Assembly (NCBI GenBank): GCA_002811645.1
Contig: PDIP01000260.1
Location: forward strand, 1-64,000
DNA length: 64,000 bases
Origin: Corallochytrium limacisporum Hawaii
Taxonomy: Eukaryota > Protista > Pluriformea
Direction: 5' to 3'
A program made the translations under genes and the position numbers. Every line of letters starts with the position of its first letter. The first letter of the stretch is position 1. Below the pieces are notes generated by a model. It saw nothing but the letters and a program-made list of their open reading frames with translations, had not been told where the DNA came from and did no database searches. Shown here one piece after another: positions 21,470-31,051 of this stretch.

Positions 21470-22876
21470 TTAGCGAGCCAGGCGCTGATGGAATCGATAA
21501 AGATCGAGCTTCGTAACTAGACCAAGGCACCAGCCATTGGCATCGGTCACAAAAGCCACAGCGTGGTTGTCCAGGAATTGTTCAACTTCCGCCAGCGGAG
21601 TGTCCGGCATGATGGGTCGGTATGTGGATGGCTTCTTACCAAATCGGAGCATCACATCGCTGACCGACTTTTTGCTCTCGTCGTTAGATTCAATAGCCTC
21701 CTGAATCATGTTCCGTTGCACAATGCCAATCAAGCGCTTGCGATGGTTCAGTACCGGCAAATTGTCAAAATCGTGTTCCAGCATCAGTTCATATGCGTGC
21801 AGGACGGGGTCCGAAGGGAACGCTGTGACTGGGATCGGCATGCTCAGGTCCTCCACGGCCGCAAAATGGTACTTTTGGTTTAGATCTTGCTGCAATGCCT
21901 CTGGCATTGCACCGGACAATCTCTGCTCCGTGGAAGAGCCGGCGTCGGCTGAGGATGATGGAGGAGCCTCTTCTGCTGCCGTGGCAGAGGCAGCTTGGTT
22001 CGGGTCTGCAGCCGCCCTGACAAAGTCTCCATAGCCAAATGAGGAATCCAGGAGACAGACGAGGTTCTTTTTACCCTTGCCATCACCACTGCCTGGGCTT
22101 CCGCTTATCAACTTCAGCGCAGCCATTGCTCCTCCGCTCTCAAGACCGACCAGCAGACCCTCGCCCGCGATCATGGCCATCATGGCTCCTTTGGCTTGCT
22201 GCTCACTGACAGTTGCAATCGATACGCTTGTGCGCGCATCCGTGACCCGATGACTCTGTTCACGAACATCACTGATGATAATTTTGCCTGTTACTTGCAG
22301 ATCGCACTTCTTCTGTTCCAGGAGGTAGGCAATCTCAGTTCCAATACCAAATGAGTCAGACGGAATCACAAAGGTGTCCACACCTGTACCCTGACCCTGC
22401 TGCTTCAGGGCGTCTGCGACTAAATTGAGTTGCTTTATCAGGCACTGCCGGACACTATCATTGTTGGATACGACGGAATCGTCGATTATCACCGCATCTG
22501 GTACCTCAGCCTGAAGACGGCGTGGTAATCCTGCAGGGGTCATGGCGAGACCCTCCGAGATCTCCTGGCTTGCCCTGAAGATCTCACACCCGAGCACTTT
22601 GAATAGAGACGGCTTCATGCTCTGGTCACTCGCAGGCATCATAAGGAGTACCCGAAGCTTCCTCCTCCGTGCTTCGGCAGCAAAGGCATACGCGGGATAG
22701 CCCGTGCCTTCGATAATGATTGCCTTTGCATGTTCCGGTAGATTGTCTAGCACCACACTCACCACCTCAGAGATCACTGCTGGAGCAGGAAATGACTGAA
22801 AGGCACAGTATCCAAAGACCGTGGACGAAATCCCTAGGACCTGGCTGGCCGTTTGAACTTTGCGTACGACAGCCAT
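21470..22876 (-). CDS. Degenerate cystathionine beta-synthase-like protein (PALP fold remnant + CBS pair)
   Basis: IIIEGT, AFAA..RKLRVLLMMP, LGCEIFR, EGLLVGLESG and NLVCLLDSS follow the CBS/CysK layout; C-terminal CBS pair (YELMLEHDFDNLPVL, LGLVTKLDL). The PLP Lys and GTGGT motifs are absent. Confidence 0.75.
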   Translation of the reverse strand: MAVVRKVQTASQVLGISSTVFGYCAFQSFPAPAVISEVVSVVLDNLPEHAKAIIIEGTGYPAYAFAAEARRRKLRVLLMMPASDQSMKPSLFKVLGCEIFRASQEISEGLAMTPAGLPRRLQAEVPDAVIIDDSVVSNNDSVRQCLIKQLNLVADALKQQGQGTGVDTFVIPSDSFGIGTEIAYLLEQKKCDLQVTGKIIISDVREQSHRVTDARTSVSIATVSEQQAKGAMMAMIAGEGLLVGLESGGAMAALKLISGSPGSGDGKGKKNLVCLLDSSFGYGDFVRAAADPNQAASATAAEEAPPSSSADAGSSTEQRLSGAMPEALQQDLNQKYHFAAVEDLSMPIPVTAFPSDPVLHAYELMLEHDFDNLPVLNHRKRLIGIVQRNMIQEAIESNDESKKSVSDVMLRFGKKPSTYRPIMPDTPLAEVEQFLDNHAVAFVTDANGWCLGLVTKLDLYRFHQRLAR

Positions 22877-23143
22877 TTGCTTCAATTCAGTGTTGGATAG
22901 GTCTACACACAAAACAAACCCACCGGTATTGTGACAACATTTAACAAGTCGTGGACGCTACGATTATCTTCTTGTCTTCATGTACCTTGTTTGGATCCTG
23001 GGCCATAAGCACACAATGTTCAAAGGCACAGTAACAAACAGATCCCATCCCGCTTACCGTCAACGAATGTACACAACTTGAGCACTTCCTGGCCACCTCG
23101 CCCCGGGTCCCTGGGCGGGTGCAGGTCTGTAAAACAATCCGCT

Positions 23144-23274
23144 CCCCCCCCCCCCCCGGGGGGGGGGGGCGGGGGGNNNNNNNNNNNNNNNNNNNNNNNN
23201 NNNNNNNNNNNNNNNNNNNNNNNNNGGGTGCAGGTCTGTAAAACAATCCGCTCCCCCCCCCCCCGGGAGGGGGG
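23144..23274. repeat. CnGn dyad spanning an assembly gap (N 23177-23225) with duplicated flanks
   Basis: C14G12 before the gap; gggtgcaggtctgtaaaacaatccgct+Cn occurs at both 23117 and 23226. Confidence 0.85.
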
Positions 23275-23505
23275 GTCGGGGGGATCCCACGCAAGCGCTC
23301 CCTCCCCTCTGCGCAGACTTGGAGTCCGTAGCCTACACAGGGTGCCCCACGGGCGGTCGGTGTTGCCATCCCTGATTCAACCCATGGTGGATGTACGGCC
23401 TCACAGTGGGAATTGAATACGTCCGGACACAAACAATAAACTAAGTTGGTCTTTATAGTGACTGGTTGATCAATGACATACTGGACAGTTGTTGATTCTC
23501 CAGTA

Positions 23506-26061
23506 TTAGAAGGGGTTCATGGTGATCTGCATGGCTTCATTCAACCTGGGCAATATGTTGCTAATGAAGCGAGCTTTCTGTCCGGTAGGAGAGGAGCGGC
23601 GGCGGAAGCCACTGACCAGCAGACTGAGAGTCCATTCCACAGCTTCCTTTGGCTGAAGGACATCCACACCAGGCCAGGCTGTGCTGAATTTCATTACCTG
23701 GTTGCCAACCATGTTGGTGTCCACCAAGGGAAGATGAACATCAGAGATAAGAATATTTTCAAAGGCCGTCTCTGCACTGACCGAGTTGGAGAACATTTCC
23801 AGAGCGCTCTTGCTAGCAGCGTACGCGCCGAATCCCTTGGGAGCGGTCTCAGCCGATTCGGAATTGACATTGATAATCGCACCAAAGCGTTGCTTACGCA
23901 TGTGAGGCAGTGCTTGCAGGGTTAGGCGCACCGGACCGTAATAGTTAACTGCCATCAGTCGCTCAAAGTCGTGGAATCGATCCACTTGATCCTTGACCGG
24001 ACGCATAATGCTGCGTCCCGCATTGTTGAAAAGCATGTGGATGGTGCCATATTTGTCGATGGTTGCCTTGATGACGTTGTTACAGTCCTCCTCCTGAGTT
24101 ACGTCGCATTTCACCACCAACACACGGTCGGGATCGTTACCATTGACCTGGATCATCTCCTTCTCCAGGTCCTCCAGCTTGTCTACACTGCGGGCGCAGA
24201 CAACAACAAGGGCTTTGGCTTTCGCCAAAGTCAGACTCAATTCCCGACCAATACCCGCGCTCGCACCGGTCACAATGCACACACGGTCGGCAACGTAATC
24301 CGGAAGAATGTCGCTCATCTTACCATTGGCCATGGAATCACTATTCCAGAAGCTGGACCAAAGACCGTCCGCCACACGGCTGACATCAAAGGGCTTCAAG
24401 CCGAGGTCCTGAGGCCTTGCACCTGCAAATTGACACACAGCACTGATAACCACAGCTGTGTTCGCATTACGTACCTGGACTTCGCTCTTCGGCCCCGCGT
24501 ACATAACACCATGCTCGCGCAGGATGCCAAAGACGCTATTGAGTACAATACGTGGGTCTCCAATTTCCAAAACCTGGTGGTATGGTACCATAGAGCTTTC
24601 GAGGTCATAGTTCAGTTCCATTGCTTGGTATGCTTTGGGGCTAAACACAGGGCCCTTTCCGGCAACAGAAACTGCTGTAAGGAAATCAGAGATCTTCACA
24701 CCACTATCCTCCTCAATGGGGTTGACGTGCATGGCCTGGCTGTCTAGGTTACTCGCATGACTCAGCACCACAAGTTGTGCAGTGGCGTATTCAATGGTCA
24801 TGGGATACATGGTACCGTCTACTGGAAGGGGCACTGTTGTACCGGCACCCAACAACTCGCGGTAGTAGTCCACAAAGTGAAACAGACTCCTTGCAGAGTT
24901 ACCCGGATACATGTTACCCTTGCGATCGCACAGTACGAGACCAAGGCGGTAGATGCGGTAGCGCAGACCATCCACGCTCAGAACGGCTTTCTCCGCACCG
25001 TAGCTCTTTGCCCCAAGCCCTTCGGTGTATTTAGTATCGCGGACGCCCATGTCTACGGTCTCGGGGAATACTTCATGGCTGTCAATTGACTCCAGCACAC
25101 CCAGGGACTGCTCACCGACGACGAGGTGAAAAGAGCATCCAGCTTTGGCACACGCCTCAGCGATGGTCTTTACAGCAGCAACGTCAGTCTTCTCGGTGAC
25201 GATGTAGTATAACGCACCATCCCTCTGAAGAGGAGAGTCAGATGGGAGTTCCTTGAGGGTTTCCACTTTCTCACCCATCATCTTCAGACCCTTTGAGATG
25301 GCAACATTGAACCATTCGTCGCTACCGTCGTCGGCGAGAATGTAGTGCATTGAGTATGACACACCACTGTCCGCCTTGTAGGTGAAGTCGGTGGCAAAGC
25401 GACCAACCTTCTTCGGAGCGTCACTCCCACCGGTCAGCTGTGCGTGGGCAAGGGTGATGTGTTTGATATATTCAACCATAGCTTCCTTCCGACCCAGTCC
25501 CCGATGTTTTTCCCAGCTCTCGCGCTGGGCCTTCTTCGTGCCCTTCAGTGTATCAATAGTTCCATCGTTCGGCGCATCCCCGGCCGTAACCTGTTTGAAC
25601 AACCCGTAGCCCGTAAGCAGAATGTTTGCGCCATTGCGCAAGGTAGAGTAGGCGGTGCCTTCCGTTTTCATGAGACCTGAAGCCTCCTCGAAGCGGGCCT
25701 CGAGGTCGGCATCGTTGACAGTGGGATCAGGGCGAGCAGAGGCACTCGCCGCCGTGTCCTTCTTGGAACTACTGGAGTCACCATCACTCTCTCCAGAGAT
25801 TTTCTTCACGTGTGCAATGTATTCACGCATAGCAGTCTCCTTGTCCATGTCTCCAAGGCGGATCCAGTACTCACGGCGGTCCCGTTTCTGTCCCTTAAGC
25901 TGATCTAAATCGTCGGTAGGTGCCTTACCAGCAGTTGCTTGCTTGTACAGTGCGTACATGGTCATCAGCTTCTCAACCGGATTGCGACCCGTGGCTACGG
26001 TCGGAGCGCAAGCATTGCCTTTCTTGACGTAGACCTCAAACTCGGCCTGCAGGTCTGACAT
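23506..26061 (-). CDS. 2x acyl-CoA-binding domain + degenerate extended SDR + Acr1-type fatty acyl-CoA reductase SDR
   Basis: ACBP motifs YALYKQATAG..W..LGDMDKETAMREYI and YGLFKQVTAGD..W...GLGRKEAMVEYI; SDR motifs TGASAGIG, NNAGRSIMR..DRFHDFERLMAVNYYG, YAASK. Confidence 0.88.
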   Translation of the reverse strand: MSDLQAEFEVYVKKGNACAPTVATGRNPVEKLMTMYALYKQATAGKAPTDDLDQLKGQKRDRREYWIRLGDMDKETAMREYIAHVKKISGESDGDSSSSKKDTAASASARPDPTVNDADLEARFEEASGLMKTEGTAYSTLRNGANILLTGYGLFKQVTAGDAPNDGTIDTLKGTKKAQRESWEKHRGLGRKEAMVEYIKHITLAHAQLTGGSDAPKKVGRFATDFTYKADSGVSYSMHYILADDGSDEWFNVAISKGLKMMGEKVETLKELPSDSPLQRDGALYYIVTEKTDVAAVKTIAEACAKAGCSFHLVVGEQSLGVLESIDSHEVFPETVDMGVRDTKYTEGLGAKSYGAEKAVLSVDGLRYRIYRLGLVLCDRKGNMYPGNSARSLFHFVDYYRELLGAGTTVPLPVDGTMYPMTIEYATAQLVVLSHASNLDSQAMHVNPIEEDSGVKISDFLTAVSVAGKGPVFSPKAYQAMELNYDLESSMVPYHQVLEIGDPRIVLNSVFGILREHGVMYAGPKSEVQVRNANTAVVISAVCQFAGARPQDLGLKPFDVSRVADGLWSSFWNSDSMANGKMSDILPDYVADRVCIVTGASAGIGRELSLTLAKAKALVVVCARSVDKLEDLEKEMIQVNGNDPDRVLVVKCDVTQEEDCNNVIKATIDKYGTIHMLFNNAGRSIMRPVKDQVDRFHDFERLMAVNYYGPVRLTLQALPHMRKQRFGAIINVNSESAETAPKGFGAYAASKSALEMFSNSVSAETAFENILISDVHLPLVDTNMVGNQVMKFSTAWPGVDVLQPKEAVEWTLSLLVSGFRRRSSPTGQKARFISNILPRLNEAMQITMNPF

Positions 26062-27169
26062 GATGCTATCTGTGGCGGTATTTGTCTTCCGTGCAGAGGG
26101 TTTATATGGAATCGTTTACTCTCAGAGGAAACGTCTCTGTGGGTCCCATCATCGAAATTAAGGCCCTCTAAATACCACAAATCCAAAGTCCATCCCCATG
26201 TGGAGTTTCTTCCCTGATCAGACCATCCAAAAAACAAAACAAAGCCAAACGCAGACACTGGGTGCACTTCGGCAACCCGTCGAGCTCTCCGAGGTGCGCC
26301 TCCTGAACCCAATCACTCCCGTGGGGGTGCGGCAATTGGAAGGGCGGAAGCATATATAGCGCTTGATTCCTGCTAGAATCTCTGATCTCTGCGCAGTGAA
26401 AAGTGCGAGGGCAGTAGAAACTCTCCCCTGACCCACCGGACAAAGGGAAATGCCGGCAGTAGAGCAGTTTGGGGCAGGTTGAGACTTGTGAACGGGGGGC
26501 TCGGCTATCGCCCTGTTATTTTTTTTTTTTTCAGGAGGTGGGGGTGACCCGCTACAAAAGGGGACAAAGGGGGGAAAAATGGGGCGGGAGTGGGGGAGGA
26601 TGAGTTGTGGTGGAAGAACGACCCGAACCATCCGGTGGGTTTGGCGTGGGGGGGGGGTGCAAATGGGATCTCTGGTGAACAAATCGCAATCAACAGTATT
26701 GACCCTTATTTTTTTTTGTAATTGTTGACTGCGCACTGAATATTGTTGCTATTCTTAGCCACAACCCGTAAGGTCCATTAGCTATGGGAACATGGTATCG
26801 CCAAAGTACCCCTCCCGTGAAAGGAGGCCTTCGGATCCGCAAAAAAACCCAACGGGTCCTTTCCGTTCACGTTTCTCATACCGGAGGTACGGAACGGATG
26901 AAAGTAGAATGAGGAGTGGCGCCACCCAAATTTGTTTTGCCCACAAAGAGAAAATTACCGTGCGGCGGTATTGGTAGTGAACGTACGGGGAGTCGTTGTT
27001 GTCATTTGGGAGTCTATTTATTCAGCTGATATCAGGTCAGCGTCACACGACGGCTCGAAAGGTCAAAGGTGCTGGGAGTTCACAATCAGACCATGATCAT
27101 ATGCCGCAAAACTCTCCTTAGAACTACTTTGTCTACCATCGTAATATGAATAGCTAGTATATCCGATGT

Positions 27170-27677
27170 TCACTGATTGGATGGCCGCAGATTCTCAGTA
27201 CTGGGAGTGAAAAGCGATGTGGCCGGCGTGCCGTCCATCACTCTCTGTTTGTCCAGTGTTCCAGAGACTCGAGCAGACGTGGTATGCATTGCCTTCTTCG
27301 CTGCCTCGTGGTCCGATGTTAACTGGTTTATCTCCTCCTCAAGAAATGCTGCATTTGCTTTCATCTGGTTGAGCTGCGACCTCAGTCAATCATTTAGGTA
27401 CGTGTCTTGAGATCCTCTTCCATGTTGATTTCAGCTCACTTACGTTGAAATGCACCGTTTCCATGAGCTCTTGGAGACTGAACAAGTGGACTTTCCTTGC
27501 AGCGTGCTCCAAGACCAACGCTTCTACCTCAGGATTAAGTTCTTCGCTTGGTTTTGATTTCGCTTTACACTTCTTCCCCTTAGCTTTCTTATTCGGTTAT
27601 GCGGTTCCTATGTTAGAACCCTTCTTTCTCTTGCTACCCATATCTAACGCCTCGATGTTGTCCTACCCAACCTTCAT
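27170..27677 (-). pseudogene. Disrupted Lys-rich/coiled-coil coding remnant (or short spliced gene)
   Basis: Coding-like frame MGSKRKKGSNIGTA*PNKKAKGKK...LMETVHFN, then a second frame LNQMKANAAFLEEEINQL. In-frame stops at 27663-27665 and 27597-27599; possible 70-nt GT-AG intron at 27374-27443. Confidence 0.4.
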
Positions 27678-28359
27678 TGTGGCGATTGTAGATCTGGCTA
27701 TCGATTACGAAGATTTCCATAGTCACGTCCCTTCAGCTGGAATTAGATCCGTGCTTGGACATACTACTCGACCACATCGTGTCCAATAGTAGGCTTGCTT
27801 CACGTGTCATATATCGATTTCAGCAGTGTGTGCGCCGATACCTTTGTTCAACCAATACCGCACTCAGCACGCGGATCAAGGTCTGGCCCGGTAGTGCTCT
27901 GCTCATTTCCCTACCTGTCCCTAATGTTCCAAAGGCGGGTCTCCCCTCTCAAGTTCGGACTCGGTTGTCAACGGCTCCCACTTTCGGCTTATTCGCCCAC
28001 CATCGACCCAACTTGTGACGTACTGAGGAATCGCGGAACAAATAAGGTCTACCCAGCTTCCGAAGGACGATCGGGAGTCCAATTTATTCCGGAGGGCAAG
28101 GTTCAAAATATTTTGCGGGGGCTATAATGAGGGGGATCTATGGAGAGAATATATTTCGCGGGGGAGTCTCTTTCTTGCCCGGTTGAGAATGGCGACGGAG
28201 GAGCCTGTCCTTCTGAGACCCGCGGGGCCGCAAGTGACCCAACGGTCCAGTGGCTGTGGTGGTGTTCAGCTCTGCATTTGTTCTGGTTTCTCGACAAGGT
28301 AGATCAAGACATTAGAGTGTGTAAAATATTTAGTTCATTGTAAAAAAAAAACCAGAGAA

Positions 28360-30129
28360 ATGGAAACGGGACGAAAGAAATTTGGGGGCGCAAAACGGAT
28401 CGATCACCAAAGCATCCTGCCGAGCGCAATTGCAACAATGGTTGTCAAGGGCTCAACTACATGGATGTCGTGGCCTCTAAAGCAGGATTCCTGCTCTCAT
28501 GAAGAGTGTTTCTATGATTGCGGTGCTAGCAAACGGTACGCAATCGATGACGACACAAATTTGTTGTTCATCTTGGGCAAGACTCGCATGGAATGCAGAC
28601 AGAACAGACCAGAGCGACGCGAGTACAACCGCATTCACCTTTGGATAGTAGACCCCATTGTACAAACAATAACATTTATCAAACTAACCCCTAGACCCAC
28701 AGCTCCGACTCCGGAAGTTTTTGAAGCGTTCCTCAAGACAGCTGCTCTGTGCTATGGAGACGGTCACTTATGGTTGGTTGGCTCTCACGTTCCTTTCATG
28801 CGTCCAGACCAGGCCAGAACCATGATCTTCACCATTCACATACGTAAGGATCAAAACCTTGCTGAGTATGATGAGGTTCAGTGTAATACTCTCGTCATGC
28901 AGCCGCGCTTTCATCCATCTGTTACGTACAGCTGTTTACTCAGAGGAGTGGTCGTCTTTGGAGGGCAACGGAACCGGGATCAGTGCTACGATGATCTCTG
29001 GCTGGTACATCACCACGGTATGGAGTGTATTTCTGGAGAAGGTGAAGCAGGTGCCCCATGTCCAAGGCACAGTGCCACTGTTAATTGGATTGATTGCGAT
29101 GACAATATCGAGAAGGGCAAACTTGTTTTATTCGGCGGCGTCGACCGCAATGGCAATGTACTCAATGACGTCTATATGAAGACCATTCATGTTAAATTTG
29201 CTGTCGATGCCACTGAATCATGGTCTTCCTACCGCCTGCAGAATTGGAAGCCGAAGATGACAGACGTTGCCCAAGGCGCATATCTGCCTGGACTCGGCAT
29301 CATCGTCTACCACTCTGACCACCACACTGGTTCACCAAACCGCCTACTCGTACCGGATGCGAGTGACCAGGGCCAAGCCCCTTTCCGGGTGGACGTGAGC
29401 AATGGTCTGCTGGGCTCGCTTAAGCCTCATATCGTTAATCTGCCTGATGAATGGCCAGAAGGACCTTTGCTACGGTTTGGTACTTCCATCTGGGGCATCC
29501 TTGATCTTGCACGGGGCTTGGTCTGGCTAGCCGAACCGAGTGCAACAATGTCTGAAGTGGAGCCACTGATGCCTAAGGATGTGGTGATGTCCAGTCCCCG
29601 CATGTACACTATCCTGGTCGGCGAAGAAGAGACTACGTTCACAGTTGACGGGCACACCTTCACGGGCCTTAGTCATCTCTTCGAGGCAGCATTTAAAGCA
29701 CCAATGAATGAGTCAAGGAACCACCGCATTTATCTGCCCACTGTCTCTCCAGAGAGCTTTAAGAGTATCCTGTACCTGCTTGATGAGCAATCCAAGGTCA
29801 GCTCCGATGATGAAGCATCGGAACAGCTGGCCAAGGATCTGTGTTTAGACGAGGAGACCATTGTCGGTGTGCTGAAGGCAGCAGATTATCTCATGGCAGA
29901 TCGCTTGCGACGGGCCTGTGAGCGATGGCTGCTGCCTCAAGTCAATTGTGACAACGTTTTGCAGTTGTTGGTGATTGCGGACACCTACAATGTCTGTGAT
30001 CTTCGTCAACACTGTGTCAAGGTCATTGTTAAATGTTTCAAGGAAATCCGAGACCAACCACCATTCCAGAATTTGCTTGTTCAAAGGGGCGAACTGGCCA
30101 TAGAAATTCTCAAGGCTTTGCCGTGCTGA
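28360..30129 (+). CDS. Kelch-repeat + C-terminal BTB/BACK protein (Cul3 adaptor-like)
   Basis: Kelch motifs VVFGG..CYDDLW, PCPRHSA, VLFGG..LNDVY; BTB LFEAAFKAPMNES..IYLPTVSPESFKSIL, LKAADYL..LRRACE. Confidence 0.8.
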   Translation: METGRKKFGGAKRIDHQSILPSAIATMVVKGSTTWMSWPLKQDSCSHEECFYDCGASKRYAIDDDTNLLFILGKTRMECRQNRPERREYNRIHLWIVDPIVQTITFIKLTPRPTAPTPEVFEAFLKTAALCYGDGHLWLVGSHVPFMRPDQARTMIFTIHIRKDQNLAEYDEVQCNTLVMQPRFHPSVTYSCLLRGVVVFGGQRNRDQCYDDLWLVHHHGMECISGEGEAGAPCPRHSATVNWIDCDDNIEKGKLVLFGGVDRNGNVLNDVYMKTIHVKFAVDATESWSSYRLQNWKPKMTDVAQGAYLPGLGIIVYHSDHHTGSPNRLLVPDASDQGQAPFRVDVSNGLLGSLKPHIVNLPDEWPEGPLLRFGTSIWGILDLARGLVWLAEPSATMSEVEPLMPKDVVMSSPRMYTILVGEEETTFTVDGHTFTGLSHLFEAAFKAPMNESRNHRIYLPTVSPESFKSILYLLDEQSKVSSDDEASEQLAKDLCLDEETIVGVLKAADYLMADRLRRACERWLLPQVNCDNVLQLLVIADTYNVCDLRQHCVKVIVKCFKEIRDQPPFQNLLVQRGELAIEILKALPC

Positions 30130-30745
30130 AAAGTCCATATGAATAGTAGTTTACAGTTCAAGATATTGCTTGCTGGTCTTTGTCGACGAGTGCAGTGCAA
30201 CTCAGTACACTGTCCTTCGATCTCACTTCTTGCTTGTACTCTTCTTGCGTGCAGGGGTCGTGGCCGCGACGGGGCGTCCAGCACCCTTTCTTGCCCCTGA
30301 TCCTGATCCAGTCTTGGAGGAGATCTCACCCACCACCGTATTTGACCACGGCAGAAATCCTGTCACTATAACATATTGAAAAAATACATGTTGAACTGAA
30401 TCATCGACTGATTAAGGGGTTATAAACTGCCAGTCAGCACCCCTGAAGTAACTCACACACAAAGATGAAACTGGCTCTGTAGCCATGAGACCCCTCCCCC
30501 CCCCCCGAGGGGCACCTTTCTTCGCAGGGTCTCCCTCGCCGGTCGCCAACGGGGCCCGCGATGGTGTCGATGAGTCCCCCCCTTTTTTCAGCGCCCCCCG
30601 CGGGGTTCCCCCAAGGGACAGTCTCTTGTGGTAAACTAGGTCCCCTAATGCAGATTTAACAAATATATTCTGCGTGAAATATTGGAAGGGCCCCAGTGGT
30701 TACGAGGGGAGGGGAAGGAAGCGGGAAGGGAGACGGAAAAAGGGC

Positions 30746-30761
30746 GCGCGAATTTTTTGAA
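30746..30761 (+). promoter_or_regulatory. CDE/CHR-like tandem element (GCGCGAATTT-TTTGAA) upstream of the HURP-like gene
   Basis: CHR hexamer TTTGAA at 30756-30761, preceded by a CGCG core 4-5 nt away; about 290 bp upstream of the ATG. Confidence 0.4.
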
Positions 30762-31051
30762 GTGGGTGGTGACAGCTGCAGCGCAAACGGACCATTGTTT
30801 CTCGACCTTGAGGTACCGAAAAATGCGACATGACCTGTGGTCAGCTCCGATGGTCGTATCACCGTATGTGCCATTTTGGCTTTGTCTACGAAACATCAAT
30901 TTTCATGTGGTCGTGTCTGCATATTTCAGGTGGTTCACTTGGTTGATAGGACTGAGCGCATGTAGAGTGCCAGGTTTTACGATCTAGATATGATATTCGG
31001 AACGCACCTACTGGTTAAGTGTAACTAGGAATAAGGACAAGATAGGAAATC

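Noticed and set aside
23117-23264. Direct repeat flanking the N gap, resembling a mobile-element TSD or LTR
   Set aside because: Both copies end in the same CnGn tract on either side of a scaffold gap; most likely unmerged contig overlap.
27597-27665. In-frame TAA/TAG as evidence of a variant genetic code
   Set aside because: TAA, TAG and TGA all terminate well-conserved genes elsewhere in the window.
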